Source: Chlorokybus atmophyticus (taxonomy: Eukaryota; Plantae; Mesostigma and Chlorokybus algae). Taken from it: a DNA stretch of 64,000 nt. The stretch spans positions 186,001 through 250,000 of the forward strand of contig RHPI01000810.1 of NCBI GenBank assembly GCA_009103225.1, given 5' to 3'. A program made the position numbers and the translations under genes. How positions within the stretch are numbered: position 1 is the stretch's first letter; each line of letters begins with the position of its first letter. Of the stretch, positions 38,481-52,147 are shown in pieces. The notes under the pieces were generated by a model that was given only the letters and a program-made list of their open reading frames with translations, had not been told where the DNA came from and did no database searches.

Positions 38481-41400
38481 TCATGACTTGCTTTTCTTGA
38501 ATGAGTCTTTGTCGGCAGCATCTCCACCATTGGCAGACGTGACATCGGCCATGCACGCATCGTCATCGCTGCCTTGCGAGGTGTCTGAATCCGACGCTCG
38601 CCAGCAGCTGCTCCCAAAACTGTAGGCTCTACTCGCGGCCTTCAGGGACTCCGTAGTCACAGGCTCCTCCCCATTCTCGCGCCGCATCTCATATAGCTTG
38701 TCCAAAGCGAGCAGGTAGACACCAGGCAGGTGATCCGATATCATGTGGCTGCTGAGAATGATCTGCACGGACGCATTTGGCATCCGTTGTTGTCAGGACG
38801 AATGTTCATATTGGGCAAAAGGTCAACATGTTCGTAATGCAGACCACATACGCCACATACGGCACATGTTTGTGATGCAGGCCACATACCACTTCACTGG
38901 CTATGCCAATCAGGCCATATACCTCAGAGAAAGCAGTAGGGTCGCGGATTGCTGCTACAGGATCGTGATCTGTTGGACGTGTCACATGGACAACAAGTCC
39001 CGGAGGGACCAAGTACTCCGGTGCGCTGTGATCCTGCAGCTCGGTGGGCTCGGAAGGCGCAGGAGCCAACGCTCGGTTGCCAGAGCGCAGGGCGCCTATG
39101 CTGGCAGAGACTTGAGTTGTGAAACTTGTCCATGCGTCTCCAACAGCCCGGAGCGTCTTGTTCAAAGAGGATGCTCGATTGATCCGCTGCAACAGACGCT
39201 GCAAACAAGTGTGCAACATAAGCACTTATCCTCATGGGCAGTGAAGAACTCATGGACAATGCGGACAGTGTAGCTTACCTGTGCATTGGCAACGGAAAGA
39301 GATGGAACACAGTCTTTACCACAGATCAGTGAACTGACGTATTCTTTGCAACCTTGTGACAATCCCAGGCTCACCTGCAAATCAAGCACACTGTGTCACA
39401 ATCATTAGTCTCTATAGTTGCAAACCTGCAGTACCCTCACTGCCCACAACTGCTGTGAATTCTGGTACAGACAGCCGTGAATGAGACGCACAAACCCCTT
39501 CACTCAATTGCAAGGCTGCACCTTCCGTGCTACTCTGCATGAACTACTTGCAAGAAATAACACCATATGCAAATAGAGCACCATGTACTTAACGACAAGT
39601 GGGACCAAGGTTGGTCCCACTTGCTGTTGGTGGACGTACCAAGGAAGGCGGCGCAAATGCATAGCAACGGACAGCTTGCATGGCGTTGAGGGGATGCGTG
39701 TTCCAGTCTGGGTTGGATGACACCGCGTCCGCTATATCTGGGTCCTTGTGGTGAAGAAGCATGGACAGCAGTACTGCTACTCCACCGCCAAGACTGCCAT
39801 ACATTGAAGTTGTAAATTGAATGTTCGTTCACTATCCAAAGAACTACCAATTGACAGAAGTGCTGTCAGCTATATGTACCTTGCAACACCCACCTGTGTC
39901 CAGTGAATATCAAGTCGTACTCTGGATACTTTCGCAATGCTGCGGCAACAACCGGAAAACAGGTATTTGCAAGCCTGCGCGCTGCCGCTAGCATGCCACC
40001 ATGTGCATAGCCGTCAAGAAATGGAACCTGAACACCAACTGGTTTCAGCACGTGCAGCACTTGATATGACGCTAAGTCTAAAAGTGCGCTACATTAATAA
40101 TAGGTGTGCTTGGCTTGGTTGCATGGCGACACACAGGTGCATGCCACTTACAGCATCAGCGCAGATGTTGGTGAGCGCGTCAGTCGTGTGCAGGGATCCG
40201 CGCACTGCAAATACAATCCACCTGCAAGAACAAGGCACAGTTTAAGCTGAGACTCGGCAGCTTCATTGCTATGCTGTTGGCACGCTTTGCTGTTGACTGC
40301 ACCTTGCTGCATGATCTGCCGCCACATAAGAGCAGGGGCAAAATGGCGCAGACGTCCATTGCGTAAACAAGATGTCAGTGCGCTGCAATCCCGCTACTGC
40401 CGCCGCAGCAGCAGTGTGCCGCTCTGCTGCTGCCACATCCCCTATTGCTACGGTCGTAATATCGTCCACCATCTGTATGACGGAGTGTCAGGTATGCACG
40501 CGTCCAAACGCGTTAACAGTCATGAAGTCCAACCACGCCAACAAACTGCAGCTGTGCAAGCTTAGCAGTCGAAGTCATGCGGCTGTTCTAGACGGTCAAA
40601 GCAACCTCGCCAACATGCCAACTGCCCAACATGGGTCGGCAAACTTGACTTGTACCTTGAGCCATGTGTAGAACGCCACCCCGGTGTGACCGTACGCCGT
40701 GCCCAAGTCCTTGAGGGTGCTGCCATAGGATGCGAATGCGTGTCGCATAGCACGCCTTATGGGCCCGATCGGAGGCAACGGCTCTTGCGGCAGTCCGTAT
40801 GCAGGCAGCAGCCTTTCAAGCTCTTCGCGCTCTTGCATAAGACTGCGCTGCTCCTGCCAGACCAAAACCTGCAAGGACGAGTGGACTGTTTACTAGAGTG
40901 CCAAGTGCAGTGGCTCTATGCATGTCAGCAGTGTCAACATGCACTCACCAGAGCCAATGGGTCAAGTGGAACCTCAAGCCCGCGGCCTATAATGTCCTTG
41001 GCTATGCGAGAGAGAACAGCAAAAATCGTTCGTTCCACAAGCAAAAACCCGCGCAAAGCGCTTGAGCTCCTGCCGTCTTCTTCTGGAGGCGACGAGCTGC
41101 GTCCTCCGTGTCTAGCATCCAGCTCATCCCTGTCAACAGCGGTTGTGTGCTGCTCGCCTCCGTTCTCAACCACTGTGACTGTCCCGGCTTCAGTGTCCAG
41201 TATTGTTGTACTGCCTGCAGCTTCATTTGCTTGCACAAAGCCATCGTCGCCCTATGATAAAGTACACAGTGAGCTGTGCACTGACAGGACACACTGGACA
41301 TCGATAGGATAAGCACGTTCACAGCTTCGCACAAGTTTCTTGCTGATCTACCTACTTACTCCGTTCAATTATGAACAAGTTGACACACTGCACTTGGAGA

Positions 41401-41602
41401 TTGTCTCTGCATAACGCCATGTTTATGTGACCAATATCACCAATATTACCCTTGACCAGTTGACAACAGCATACGTATTTCCCTGGCAGCGCAGAATGCA
41501 GCTCTCTATGATGGTGAAGCTGCAGCAGAAAAGGTCACTGATTACCTGCCGACTGTCACTCGCTGCGCCGTTGCCGGTCGTGTCGGAGCTGGACCTATCC
41601 AT
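38481..41602 (-). CDS. Class-3 lipase (diacylglycerol-lipase-like alpha/beta hydrolase)
   Basis: Spliced exons give WIVFAVRGSLHTTDALTNICAD, AHGGMLAAAR, the catalytic LIFTGH|SLGGGVA (GxSxG), CYAFAPP, ICGKDCVPSLS and SHMISDHLPGVY. Confidence 0.88.
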
Positions 41603-42037
41603 GAACAGCTGAAGCACATCCAGCCATCATCCTTCAAGCAGACACTGCAGGCCGGCAGCAGCCGGTGCAGCAAGCCGAGGCCATGGCAGCAGCACCAGGC
41701 TAGTGCCTCCAACCGGCGCTGTCTCCCGACGCATTTGCCTGTCGCAAGCTTGTTCTCAGGGTGACTGCAGCAGCTAACTTCTTCACCACCCACAGCTAAC
41801 TCCGCGTTGTTCGCCTGCACCGCCACCGCCGCCTCCGCCTCCGCCGTCGCCTTGTCCTTCACTGCCGGAGGAATTGGCACCGCAACTCGTTGATATACTA
41901 ACCTCAAAGTTATATACTAATATACATCAGCAGATGTCGTTGCCGGTACGTATTGTCGGGCGGTGCACTGAGATATCCGTTTGACACTAGCAGCGGCTTT
42001 TCCCGCGCAAATGCGTTGTCGCCTGTGAGCTGAGAGC

Positions 42038-45000
42038 ATGGCGCCTGGGGCGGCGGCGGTGGGCGGCAGTGCGGCGCGAGAGCAGCCCAGTGAGTATTAC
42101 TTCCGAAATGGTGTGCTGAACTTGCTGTTGTGGCTTGGAGGTGGTGCGGAGCGGTGGTCGTTGGGGTTGACCGCACCCAATGGCTTGACTGGGTTGTATT
42201 TGCTTGTGCGCAGCGCCTGCGATGAAGAGGCGCAAGGTTGTCGAAGATGACGACGATGATCCAGCGGAGCCCATGACTGACAGCGATAATAGCGAACCTG
42301 AAGCTGTCGTTACTCCCCTAGTGGCTGCGGCGGCGGATCCCCCTTGCAGCCCAGAGCTCCTGCGGCTGTACTATGGTCAGTGTGTGTCTTGACAATGCGC
42401 AGCACACACAGCATGCATGAGTTGCCCATCTCGCGTAGGCATAGCTTGGGCGTATCCAACTGTGTTGCGAAGTTATGCATGCAGCGTGCGAGGGTGAGTG
42501 CGTGTTGAGCAAGCTGCTTTGTATGCTCATTGTAGTACGCACTTATGTGTAGGGCGACTTTTCCCTTACCAGGAGATGTGTCAGTGGCTCGCATATGGCA
42601 ACGGTAAGCGGCCTAGGCAACTGCTACAGAATCAGGAGGTGACTTGCTCGTGAGTTTTACGTGCGTATGTGACAGACAGCAAGCATCCGCAAGCAGACTC
42701 GGGGTACTTCTCGAGGCGCGAGTTCTCGTTTACGCTGGAGAACGACGTGTACATACGCTACCAGTCTTTCCGGGGTGCAACTGAGCTGCAAGCCGCCATT
42801 CGCAACAAGGCTCCAAACAAAATTGATATTGGCGCAGTGTACAATGTTGAGGTGTGCTTGGGTTCTCTGCTGTTGCACCGTACTGCATGGCGTGTAACAC
42901 TGCAGATGTCGGTTGTTATATATGCGTTGCGTTCACAGCCATCCAAAAGGACAGCGTTTGCGGCTGGATCGGACAGAGTGTTTGCTCCTGTGGAAAGGGA
43001 GCTTGTCTTTGATGTGGTACGCATGTGATGTAGTTTTTCCAAGCCTTGGAAAAGCCTTGCCAGTAGCATGACGATGTCACGCATGTGTCACCAATAGTTG
43101 AATAATCATGGGAGTTACACAACCATGTAAGCATGGACCTGCACAGGATATGACAGACTACGATGATGTCCGCATTTGTTGCACTGGAGCCGACATATGC
43201 AACCGGTGCTGGTGCTTAATGTCGGTGGCTATTGAAGTAGTGGATACGGCTTTGCGAGGTAGCAACCACACCGACACAGCCATAGCTTTGTCATCAGGCC
43301 ACTAGCACATTGCCACAACCTCTGTTGATGATGCTGACAAGCTTGCTTGTCTATTGCTGCGCAGAGGACTTCGGTTTCAAGCATATACTTTGGGTGTACA
43401 GTGGCCGACGAGGTGTACATTGTTGGGTTTGTGATCCTCAAGCACGACTGTACGTACTATTGGCTGCTTCCATCCATATGCAGTGTTGCCGCCTTCGTGT
43501 TGACGACATAAATTGTGCAGGTTGACGGACGAGCAAAGATGTGCTATATCAGACTATCTCGCAGTGTATAAGGTGCGACACGTGTTCTCGCCTGTTGAGC
43601 ATCCTGCAGCCATAGCTGCGGTTGTGCACGCAAACTGATGTCAAAGGTGTATCCTTTTGGCTTGCAGGGAGGCGAACACAGTAGTAAAAGTGTGCACTTA
43701 ACGACTCCTCTGCACCCTGCCTTGAGGTAGAGACATGCTGTACTTCCTACCTCATTCGCAACACTGTTGATCATGAAAGTTCTATTGCAGCCGTGCTCAG
43801 CAGATCCTAAGCAAGTACTGGGTAGAGCAGTTTTTGCCCCAGCAAGAGCTTTTGGCTGAGGAAGAGTCCTGGGAAAAGGTTCTGGGCATGGTGCCAGATG
43901 AAGGTATAATGCTCGCATGTACATGTCGCATAAGAATATGAGACCTAGAGTCAGAAGGCGTCATTCGATGCTGCTTGTGCATGTGCCACATTCTGTGAGG
44001 GCTGGGGTCTTACACAGATGTCAAGGAGAAGCTCAGAGACTCTTGGCATAGTGGTAGAAGAGCATCCACTGGGAATAAAGATGACAGCGTGACAAGGTGG
44101 AAGGAGATGCAAAAAGTTGTTACAGCAAGGCAAAAAGCAAAGAACGCAAAGGTTGGCTTACTCTGGCATCAGCTCTCCATGCTGCTCGTATTTGCTTAAT
44201 CTGTGTAATGGGTGAAAGGTACCTTGGCTCCGTCGCTGTCTTGACGAGATTATATTTACATACATCTATCCACGGCTGGATGTAGAGGTAAGGCTACTCA
44301 CAGCTGCATTGTCAGGACTCAACACTTTCGTGTTATTGATCTTGTGCGTGGGTATCAGGTGTCGAAGCACATGAACCATCTGCTGAAGTCACCATTTTGC
44401 GTCCATCCCAAAACAGGTTCCTTCACATGCAACCTTGATGCATTCACAACAAGCGTACCATTTGCATCCATGCATGCGCAAGAGCTTTAAATGCTCATAG
44501 ACTGCTGTGTCCATCACGTTGTGCTGTGTGTAAAGCATATTGTAACAAGGTAGACAAGCAGCTTTTCATGGCTGTGCAGGACGCGTATGTGTCCCTATGG
44601 ATCCGGCCAAAGCAAGCGAGTTTGACCCACTAGCAGTCCCATCTGTACAGCAGGCAAGGCTTGTCGCGCTGATTATTGGACTTGGCATGCAACACAGGCT
44701 CATGAGCTCCGTTGCTTGTTCTCAGCTGGTGGATGAGCTCAACGCGCATGCCGGCGCGCAAGACTCCTCCGTGCCAGGTACGATAACTTTACTTGCATGA
44801 CCCAGCCACCATAAACACACAAGCAACTCTTTTGGTTCCTGCAGACTATATGAAGACATCACTAGCGCAAGCTATTGACCTCTTTCGGTCCAGCTTCCTT
44901 GATGATATGAGAGGAGCAAACAAGGTGAACGCTTTTATGTCAATATTGTGAGATAGCTCATGCAACCCAGGCATGCACTATGTCCTGTGCGCATACATGT

Positions 45001-45087
45001 AACTGTGCATCATAGCATCTTCGCTTGCAGGACGTCATAACTGCAGCAGTGCGAAGCAAGAATAGCAGACAGTCCTTGGTATATTAA
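42038..45087 (+). CDS. PRI1: DNA primase small (catalytic) subunit
   Basis: [123 protein letters not shown]. The start is either ATG 42038 (splices in frame) or ATG 42222. Confidence 0.96.
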
Positions 45088-46570
45088 CACTGTAGCTTTA
45101 CTGTTGCAACAGAGAAATTGATTTGTATTATACATGTAATGTAGTTCCCATTTCTTGCCAAGTTGATTATGGTGAACGGTTATGATGTGCCACCAGTATC
45201 CTCTATGCACACGGTGGCAGCTCAATAAACTGAGCCAGGTTTTGCAAGACGCGGACAGATGCAGCACTTCCGTAGGGTAGCGATTATGCATGCGATGTGT
45301 AGTGTACGACTGCGTGTGCTAGGCATGGTGGCTGTGCTGACGGCCACACGCTTGCATGTCAATGTAACAGCAAGCTTTCTTATTTGCAAGCATTGCGCAC
45401 CAGGTTGTAGTAACCACCGCGGTGGCTTTGAAGTGTGATCGCTGCAATGACATCCAAGATGCGCTGCATTTCTACATTTCTCGTGCTATGCTTGATTATG
45501 GGGAGACACCAACACTCCTGTTAGTGATCATTTATATGCGGTTGATTAAAGTGATGCAAACAAGCATGAGAACACTGACATGAACTGAACAAAGTCACGT
45601 CGATGTTAATGTTGTACATGGGGTGCAAATAGTTTCCAAGCTCTCTATGTTTAAGCTTGAGTTATGAAGCATGACGACTAAGTGGACTCATATGGCATGA
45701 TATGAAACCGATATTAATAGTGATGCAGTCATGGCTAGGCCAGGTACTCTATCATCTAGAACGCACATGTACACATTAAGTATCATACTATGCATATTGC
45801 AACTCGTTAATTGTGGTAGCTTTCGCTTGCAACTTAGTTGACGCCAATCGTGATAGTCGGAATCATAAATGCATATCCATTAATGAATTCATAATGTTGC
45901 ATCTACATGGCTTGTACCACTAATTATTGTGCCGCTTACCGACAAGCTTATGTTATGATACTAAACCTATTATCAACTATTCACATATTGTATTAACTAT
46001 TAAACATATTGTAGTTTTCATTAAAGTAAAGAATGTTGAGTGTTTTGAATAATCATCTGATTTGAAGTAACTTTAATGACAATACATGCCATGACTAGTT
46101 CCACCACCTTTCTACATTCAACTGTAATGGCACCACAAATGATGAAACTCTTACAAGGCTTTCATCATACACGCAGCACGCACTGTACAGATAAAAAATG
46201 CAACGGTGCACAACACATGAGTGTGATCAATCACACGTGTAGATAGACAACTTGTGTGTAGACCTTTGTTGTGCCTGCTGATGTCGTGCAATTGCAGACC
46301 AAATAACTTGTGCTCTCGTCATGCTATGATGACCATAACATGGTGACTTCATGCTGACAGGCCATGAGTCATAGCAACAACCTGCTGCTTCACTAGCAAA
46401 TGTGGCCCAGAAGTTGTTCATAGCGGCACAACTTCATAGCGGAAAACTCTTGGCAAGTCACATACCGTATGTGCCAAGATTTGGCACTGCTAGATTGGCA
46501 GTGCCAATGCATGCTGACACTGGCAGAGTGCCGAGTTTAGGGCCCAGCTTATGTTTGGGTTTAGGAGAGA

Positions 46571-48495
46571 ATGGCGGCGGCGGCGGTGAGGGCGGCGGCG
46601 GCGGTAGTGGTAAGAGGGTCGGCGTGCCGTTCCTCGGCCGCCGACATCGTCAGCTCACGAGCAAGGGCGAGACCAGCACCTTCATGGTCCCGCTCAGAGT
46701 CCTGCTCAGGCGGCAGGGGCCTCAGGGCGCTTAGGCGGCGTGCGGGCGGGGAGGCTGCTGGCAGGGCTGAGCGGTGGGGCGGAAGCAGCAGTAGCAGTAG
46801 CAGTAGTAGCAGCAGCAGCAGAAGCAGTGCGCCTTTCTTAGGGGACACATGGGGAGATCATTATCATCAACACCAGCAAGCACGCCACTTACGCACGTTT
46901 GGACCCGTTTGCATGGGACGGAGAGCAGCTAAAATTGCCACACGCAAGGTAGGTACAGCTACGTTGCCTGCGCATGCTGTATGTTGCATTACATTCATAG
47001 TTCTTGCACTGCGAGCACAGTGTGCTTAGGGCTGCATTGCCTTCACTTGTTATTTCTTATATCAGAGTGTGGACGGGGGTTGTGACACATCACAAACTTC
47101 GTTGAACATTAGCATGCTTACCAGTGCGTGGGTTGGCAGCTACACAGCTGGTGCAGCACGCATGTGAATGCCCATCGAGTTTGACGCCTCTTCACTGTTC
47201 CTGTTCAGAATGCTGCGGATGCCAAGCGAGCGAAGCTGTATGGGAAGATCTGCAAACAGATCATATCCGTGTGAGTGCTTATAGACACATTGTTATCGCA
47301 GGCTGCAATGTGTAGTACTACCCCCCCACCCCCCACCCCCACCCCACGATCATACTGAGCGTCATGCGCGTGTGCATGCGTGTGTATGTATATGCGCATG
47401 CGCATGCGCAAGCGTGCGCGCACGTGTGTGCGGGAGGGCGGGCGGGCATGTCTGAGCGCATGTGTGCGTCTGTGCGCGCTTGTGTGCGTCATGTCAGCGA
47501 GAGGGCGCGCATACGTGTGTGCACGTGCGCGTGTGCCACGCATGACCCTCTCAGTTCTTATGTTGTGACTGTGTACCAGGGTCAAAGCGGGCGGTTCCGA
47601 TCCCAAGTCCAATGCGGCGCTGGACAACCTACTGAAGGTGGCACGCGAAGCCGCGGTGCCTAAGGATTTGATTGAGCGCAACATCAAGAATGCGCTCGAC
47701 AAGAACCAAGACGACTTCATTGAGTGCACATATGAGGCGAGGGCATTTATTACACTCTCAGCGTTGGCGTTGCTGATGAAGATAGTACACATCAATTGAG
47801 GTGTATTGTGTTGTGTGACCTGTTCAGGCGTACGGTGCGGGTGGCGTGGGCATCATCATCGAGGTGTTGACGGACAACGTGAACCGGTCCGCGAGCTTGG
47901 TGAAGGAGGCGGTGCGCAAGAGCGGCGGGAAGATGGCCGAGCCGGGCAGCGTGCAGTTCAACTTTGAGCGCAAGGGCGTGATTCGCGTGCCGGGCAACGT
48001 GGACGAGGACACTCTCCTCATGGCCGCCACGGACGCCGGCGCCGAGGACGTGCAGCCCGATGAGGACGCCGATGAGGACAAGCCGTGAGTTGTTGATTTG
48101 TCATTGCTGAATCAATGAAGCTCTCTTCTGTCTCTCTGACTTGTGTTTGTGTGGGGGATTGGTTAGGCGCTTCAAGGTGCTCACATTGGGCACCGATTTT
48201 GCCTCTGTGCGTGATGCGTTGATGGCCGCTGGCATCCCGTTGCTACAAGACAACTCGGGGTTGGAAATGATCCCACTCGCACTTATCGAGGTGATGCGTG
48301 TGCTTTGCTGCATTGCTTGTGCGCGCAGTACTCGAATTCATCAAGTTCTGTGGTTGACACGCACTTGGCGCTGAGCTTGTGCGCGTGCGTGTGTTGTTGC
48401 AGACTGATGAAGCCTCTCAAGAAGCCAATGAAACGCTGGTCGATAGGGTACTGGAGCTCGATGATGTTGATGCTGTGTACAGCAACTCTGCTTGA
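46571..48495 (+). CDS. yebC: YebC/PmpR/TACO1-family protein with organellar (probably plastid) transit peptide
   Basis: An Ala/Ser/Arg-rich N-terminus is followed by MGRRAAKIATRK, VKAGGSDPKSNAAL, AVPKDLIERNIK, YEAYGAGGVGIIIEVLTDNVNRS, GGKMAEPGSVQFNFERKG and RVLELDDVDAVYSN. Confidence 0.93.
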
Positions 48496-49130
48496 ACATC
48501 TTTGAGTTAGTGGACGCCACCATTGATGTTTTTGTCGCGTAATTATGTACTCCTGAGCGCAATGCGTCGCCTTGCGCTGTAACCAGAGGCACGTGAGTAC
48601 AATGACTGAACAGATTGTCAACGACTATGTAGCAACCGAGGCATACTAGCAAGCCGTGTGCACGTTGTTACACTCCAGGCATAGCATACATGCTTTGTCG
48701 CCAGGGCAGTACACACAGGCGGTCAGCACGTACTCTGGAAAGGCAGCAAGTATAGGCACAAACAAGCTGCATATGTCTGACGATGGTGATTCACATACAC
48801 GTAACATACACTGCATGCCAGTCGTCACACTATCATATTGCCACCACTGCAGGCTCAGTGTTGGACACAGCTGCTGTGAAACCAGCTACCTGCGCTGCCT
48901 GCTGAGAGATTGTCTGTGGCGAGGAGCTATACAACTAGAGTACACAACTACACGACGAATGCTACAATGAAGGAGTAAAGTACAAACCTACCACGCACTA
49001 CACACTGCACAACACAATCTACACAATCTAAGCGAGCCAACAACATGTAGGCTCGCCAACAATGCTCCTGTGGAGCTCCAAACAAAATGCGGCAGCCAAA
49101 AATACAAGACAATGCACTGACAGCATTCTC

Positions 49131-51660
49131 TCAACTCTCGCGTCGCAGGGCTTCAGGCAACCTGGCCCTCGCAAGTCTGCGCCTCTCTATAAAGTGGTCT
49201 TGCGGTCCCTCCTCCCTCGTGTGCATGGACTGCCACCCGACACCATCTTCGTGTCGTGTCAACGCCCGCGTTAGCACGCGAAGCATGTCCCGCGAGATGG
49301 CGTCCCAAAACGCGGGCGTGTAGCAGAAGTGCGTGCAATCGCAGCAACCGTTGGTTGTGTCGCCGTCGTCATCGCTATCTTGCTTCCTGCAATTCTGCAC
49401 GTGCATGTTGTAGCGCTCCAACGTCACGTCATAAAATGGTAATAAGTGTATGTTGCTCTCGACGTCCACGACACGTCTCAGCGCGTCGTTCTGGCGCGTG
49501 ACGAGATTGTCTCTCGATAGGCTCCTCGGGACGTACCAACACGTGCATCCGGTTGCTGCATGCGAGGGGTCCGACGCGTTGTACACGCCCGAGTGCGGGA
49601 AATGTTGGGCGCTGGTCTCGCGCACGATCGCCACGGGCGTGCGGTTGTGGAGAGTCAAAGAGACAAAGTCACACAGCTGTCTGCCGAGAGAGGCTATGTC
49701 GGCGCGGTATTGAGGCAACTCGGCTTCGGCGTAGTGCAACCCAAAATTGATCACGAGCACGTCCGCGAACAACATGTACTCGGCCATGTGGGACTCGTCG
49801 TATGTGGACTCCCTTCCAAACACGAAGATGGTTCCGTGGTGTGCAGATTCTTGCACCTGGTTGCGTCGATGTCAAAACTTAGCTGGTCCCATGCAACCTC
49901 ATCTCCATGGACCCACGAGTACTTTGTGTATGGGGCGCATGTGTGCGTGCACGCGCATGTGTATGCCAGCGTACCAGATGGCATGCGTACATGCATGCTG
50001 GTGTACATGCATGCAAGTGTTTGATCGTGCGTGCGTGCTCGTGGGGGGANNNNNNNNNNNNNNNNNNNNNNNNNNNNNNNNNNNNNNNNNNNNNNNNNNN
50101 NNNNNNNNNNNNNNNNNNNNNNNNNNNNNNNNNNNNNNNNNNNNNNNNNNNNNNNNNNNNNNNNNNNNNNNNNNNNNNNNNNNNNNNNNNNNNNNNNNNN
50201 NNNNNNNNNNNNNNNNNNNNNNNNNNNNNNNNNNNNNNNNNNNNNNNNNNNNNNNNNNNNNNNNNNNNNNNNNNNNNNNNNNNNNNNNNNNNNNNNNNNN
50301 NNNNNNNNNNNNNNNNNNNNNNNNNNNNNNNNNNNNNNNNNNNNNNNNNNNNNNNNNNNNNNNNNNNNNNNNNNNNNNNNNNNNNNNNNNNNNNNNNNNN
50401 NNNNNNNNNNNNNNNNNNNNNNNNNNNNNNNNNNNNNNNNNNNNNNNNNNNNNNNNNNNNNNNNNNNNNNNNNNNNNNNNNNNNNNNNNNNNNNNNNNNN
50501 NNNNNNNNNNNNNNNNNNNNNNNNNNNNNNNNNNNNNNNNNNNNNNNNNNNNNNNNNNNNNNNNNNNNNNNNNNNNNNNNNNNNNNNNNNNNNNNNNNNN
50601 NNNNNNNNNNNNNNNNNNNNNNNNNNNNNNNNNNNNNNNNNNNNNNNNNNNNNNNNNNNNNNNNNNNNNNNNNNNNNNNNNNNNNNNNNNNNNNNNNNNN
50701 NNNNNNNNNNNNNNNNNNNNNNNNNNNNNNNNNNGGGGGCAGCGTGCGCGCACGTGTGCCTGCATTTGCACGCGATGCGCTCTTGCACTCTGCGTGCGCA
50801 TGCGTGAGTGCGCGTGTGTGTATATGTGCATGTGTGTGTATTGATTTCTTACCTGGGCAAATTTGGCGCCGGCAAGGTATGCGAGGGTCTTCACGCGGCG
50901 CGCTGGGCCTGACAGTGGTGGTTCCGCCATGTCACCAGCGCGAGCGAGGCCACACATCAACGAGTAGTAGTTCTGCATTTAGTGTCAACTTGTTGCTTAC
51001 GCATATCACAAGCAATGAAGCACAAGCAATGAAGCACATGCGCCAGGAAACATACAACAACATCGACTTCTGAACTATGCGTGCATACCTGGTAGGAGAT
51101 GCTGTCGCCAACAAACACAACAACACGGTTGCCAAGTAGCTCCGCCAGCCGCTTCATGGCGCTCACACCATCCTCCTCCTTCACGTAGGGATCCCGCAAC
51201 GGCCTAGCAATACACATTATCACCACCACCACCACCACCACCACTACCACCATCCAACACTTTTTCTTACTCACCACCAGTCTTTGGCCGTAGGCTTTGC
51301 CTTGCACCGACTATAGTCCAGCGCTGTTTCGTTGTCGTGCATACCTCCCATGAGCATGCAGGGTGCGGGCGTCCTGTCGCACTGCAGGTGGGCGGGGTCG
51401 GTGGTCAGCCCCGCCCTGGCAGCCTCGCAGGCGGAGGTGAGGGAGGGGGGGGAGGAGGAGGAGGACGATGCCACAGGTTCTGCGTTTGTCATGGTGGCGG
51501 CATAGGCGATCAGCGATGCCAACAGCAGCAACGCCGCCGCCATCGCCGCCGCTGTCAGAAGAAGAAGAGAAGGAGTCAGTCGCAGGTGTCTGGCAAATAT
51601 GGCGGGCAAACTACCACTGTCCAGCCGCTCAACGGAACCGAATTGGGAGACGGGCGCCAT
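49131..51660 (-). CDS. TBL/PC-esterase-like SGNH O-acyltransferase/esterase, type II membrane protein; one intron spans the N gap
   Basis: N-terminal hydrophobic anchor LLLLTAAAMAAALLLLASLIAYAA; LGNRVVVFVGDSISYQ (GDS motif); DVLVINFGLHY; RETSAQHF; C-terminal CCDCTHFCY (DxxH). An exon hidden in the gap cannot be excluded. Confidence 0.8.
50050..50734. other. Assembly gap (685 N)
   Basis: Run of N flanked by G-runs on both sides, inside an intron of the TBL-like gene. Confidence 0.99.
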
Positions 51661-51764
51661 GCTTGACACGTGTGAACTGCAGCGTATGCAGTTTACGCCA
51701 AGTTGCGATGCTATGTGGGCGCCCCACAGTGTAGGGCCTAATAGTAGGCCCAACAGGCCTAATG

Positions 51765-52147
51765 GTTACTTTCTCATACTGCTTCTTGACATGCATGTGC
51801 TGGGTTTTGCTTGAGCGCTAGATCCCATGTGCACATTGTGCGTAGTAACCTGGCATGCTAATACGCACAGATTGCAACTGAAAAACATTTAACATGAATA
51901 TTAAATTGAAAAACACAAAGTGCCTTATATCAACTTGTCACAATATTATTAAGCACCATAACGAATCGGTAAGCCAGTTACTTTCATATACTGCTTCTTG
52001 ACATGCATGTGTTGGGTTTTGCTTAAGCGCTCGATTCTATGTGCACTGTGTGCGTATTAACATTGCATGTTAATACGCACAGATTGCGACTGAAATACAT
52101 TTAAAACATCAATATTGCATCGAAAACACAAAGTGCCTTATATCAAT
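51765..52147 (+). repeat. Diverged direct duplication of about 170 bp, 212-bp period
   Basis: GTTACTTTC..ATACTGCTTCTTGACATGCATGTG.TGGGTTTTGCTT..CACAAAGTGCCTTATATCAA starts at 51765 and again at 51977. Confidence 0.95.

Noticed and set aside
49747-51073. ORFs of 250-390 aa in the track
   Set aside because: Artefacts of translating through the N gap.
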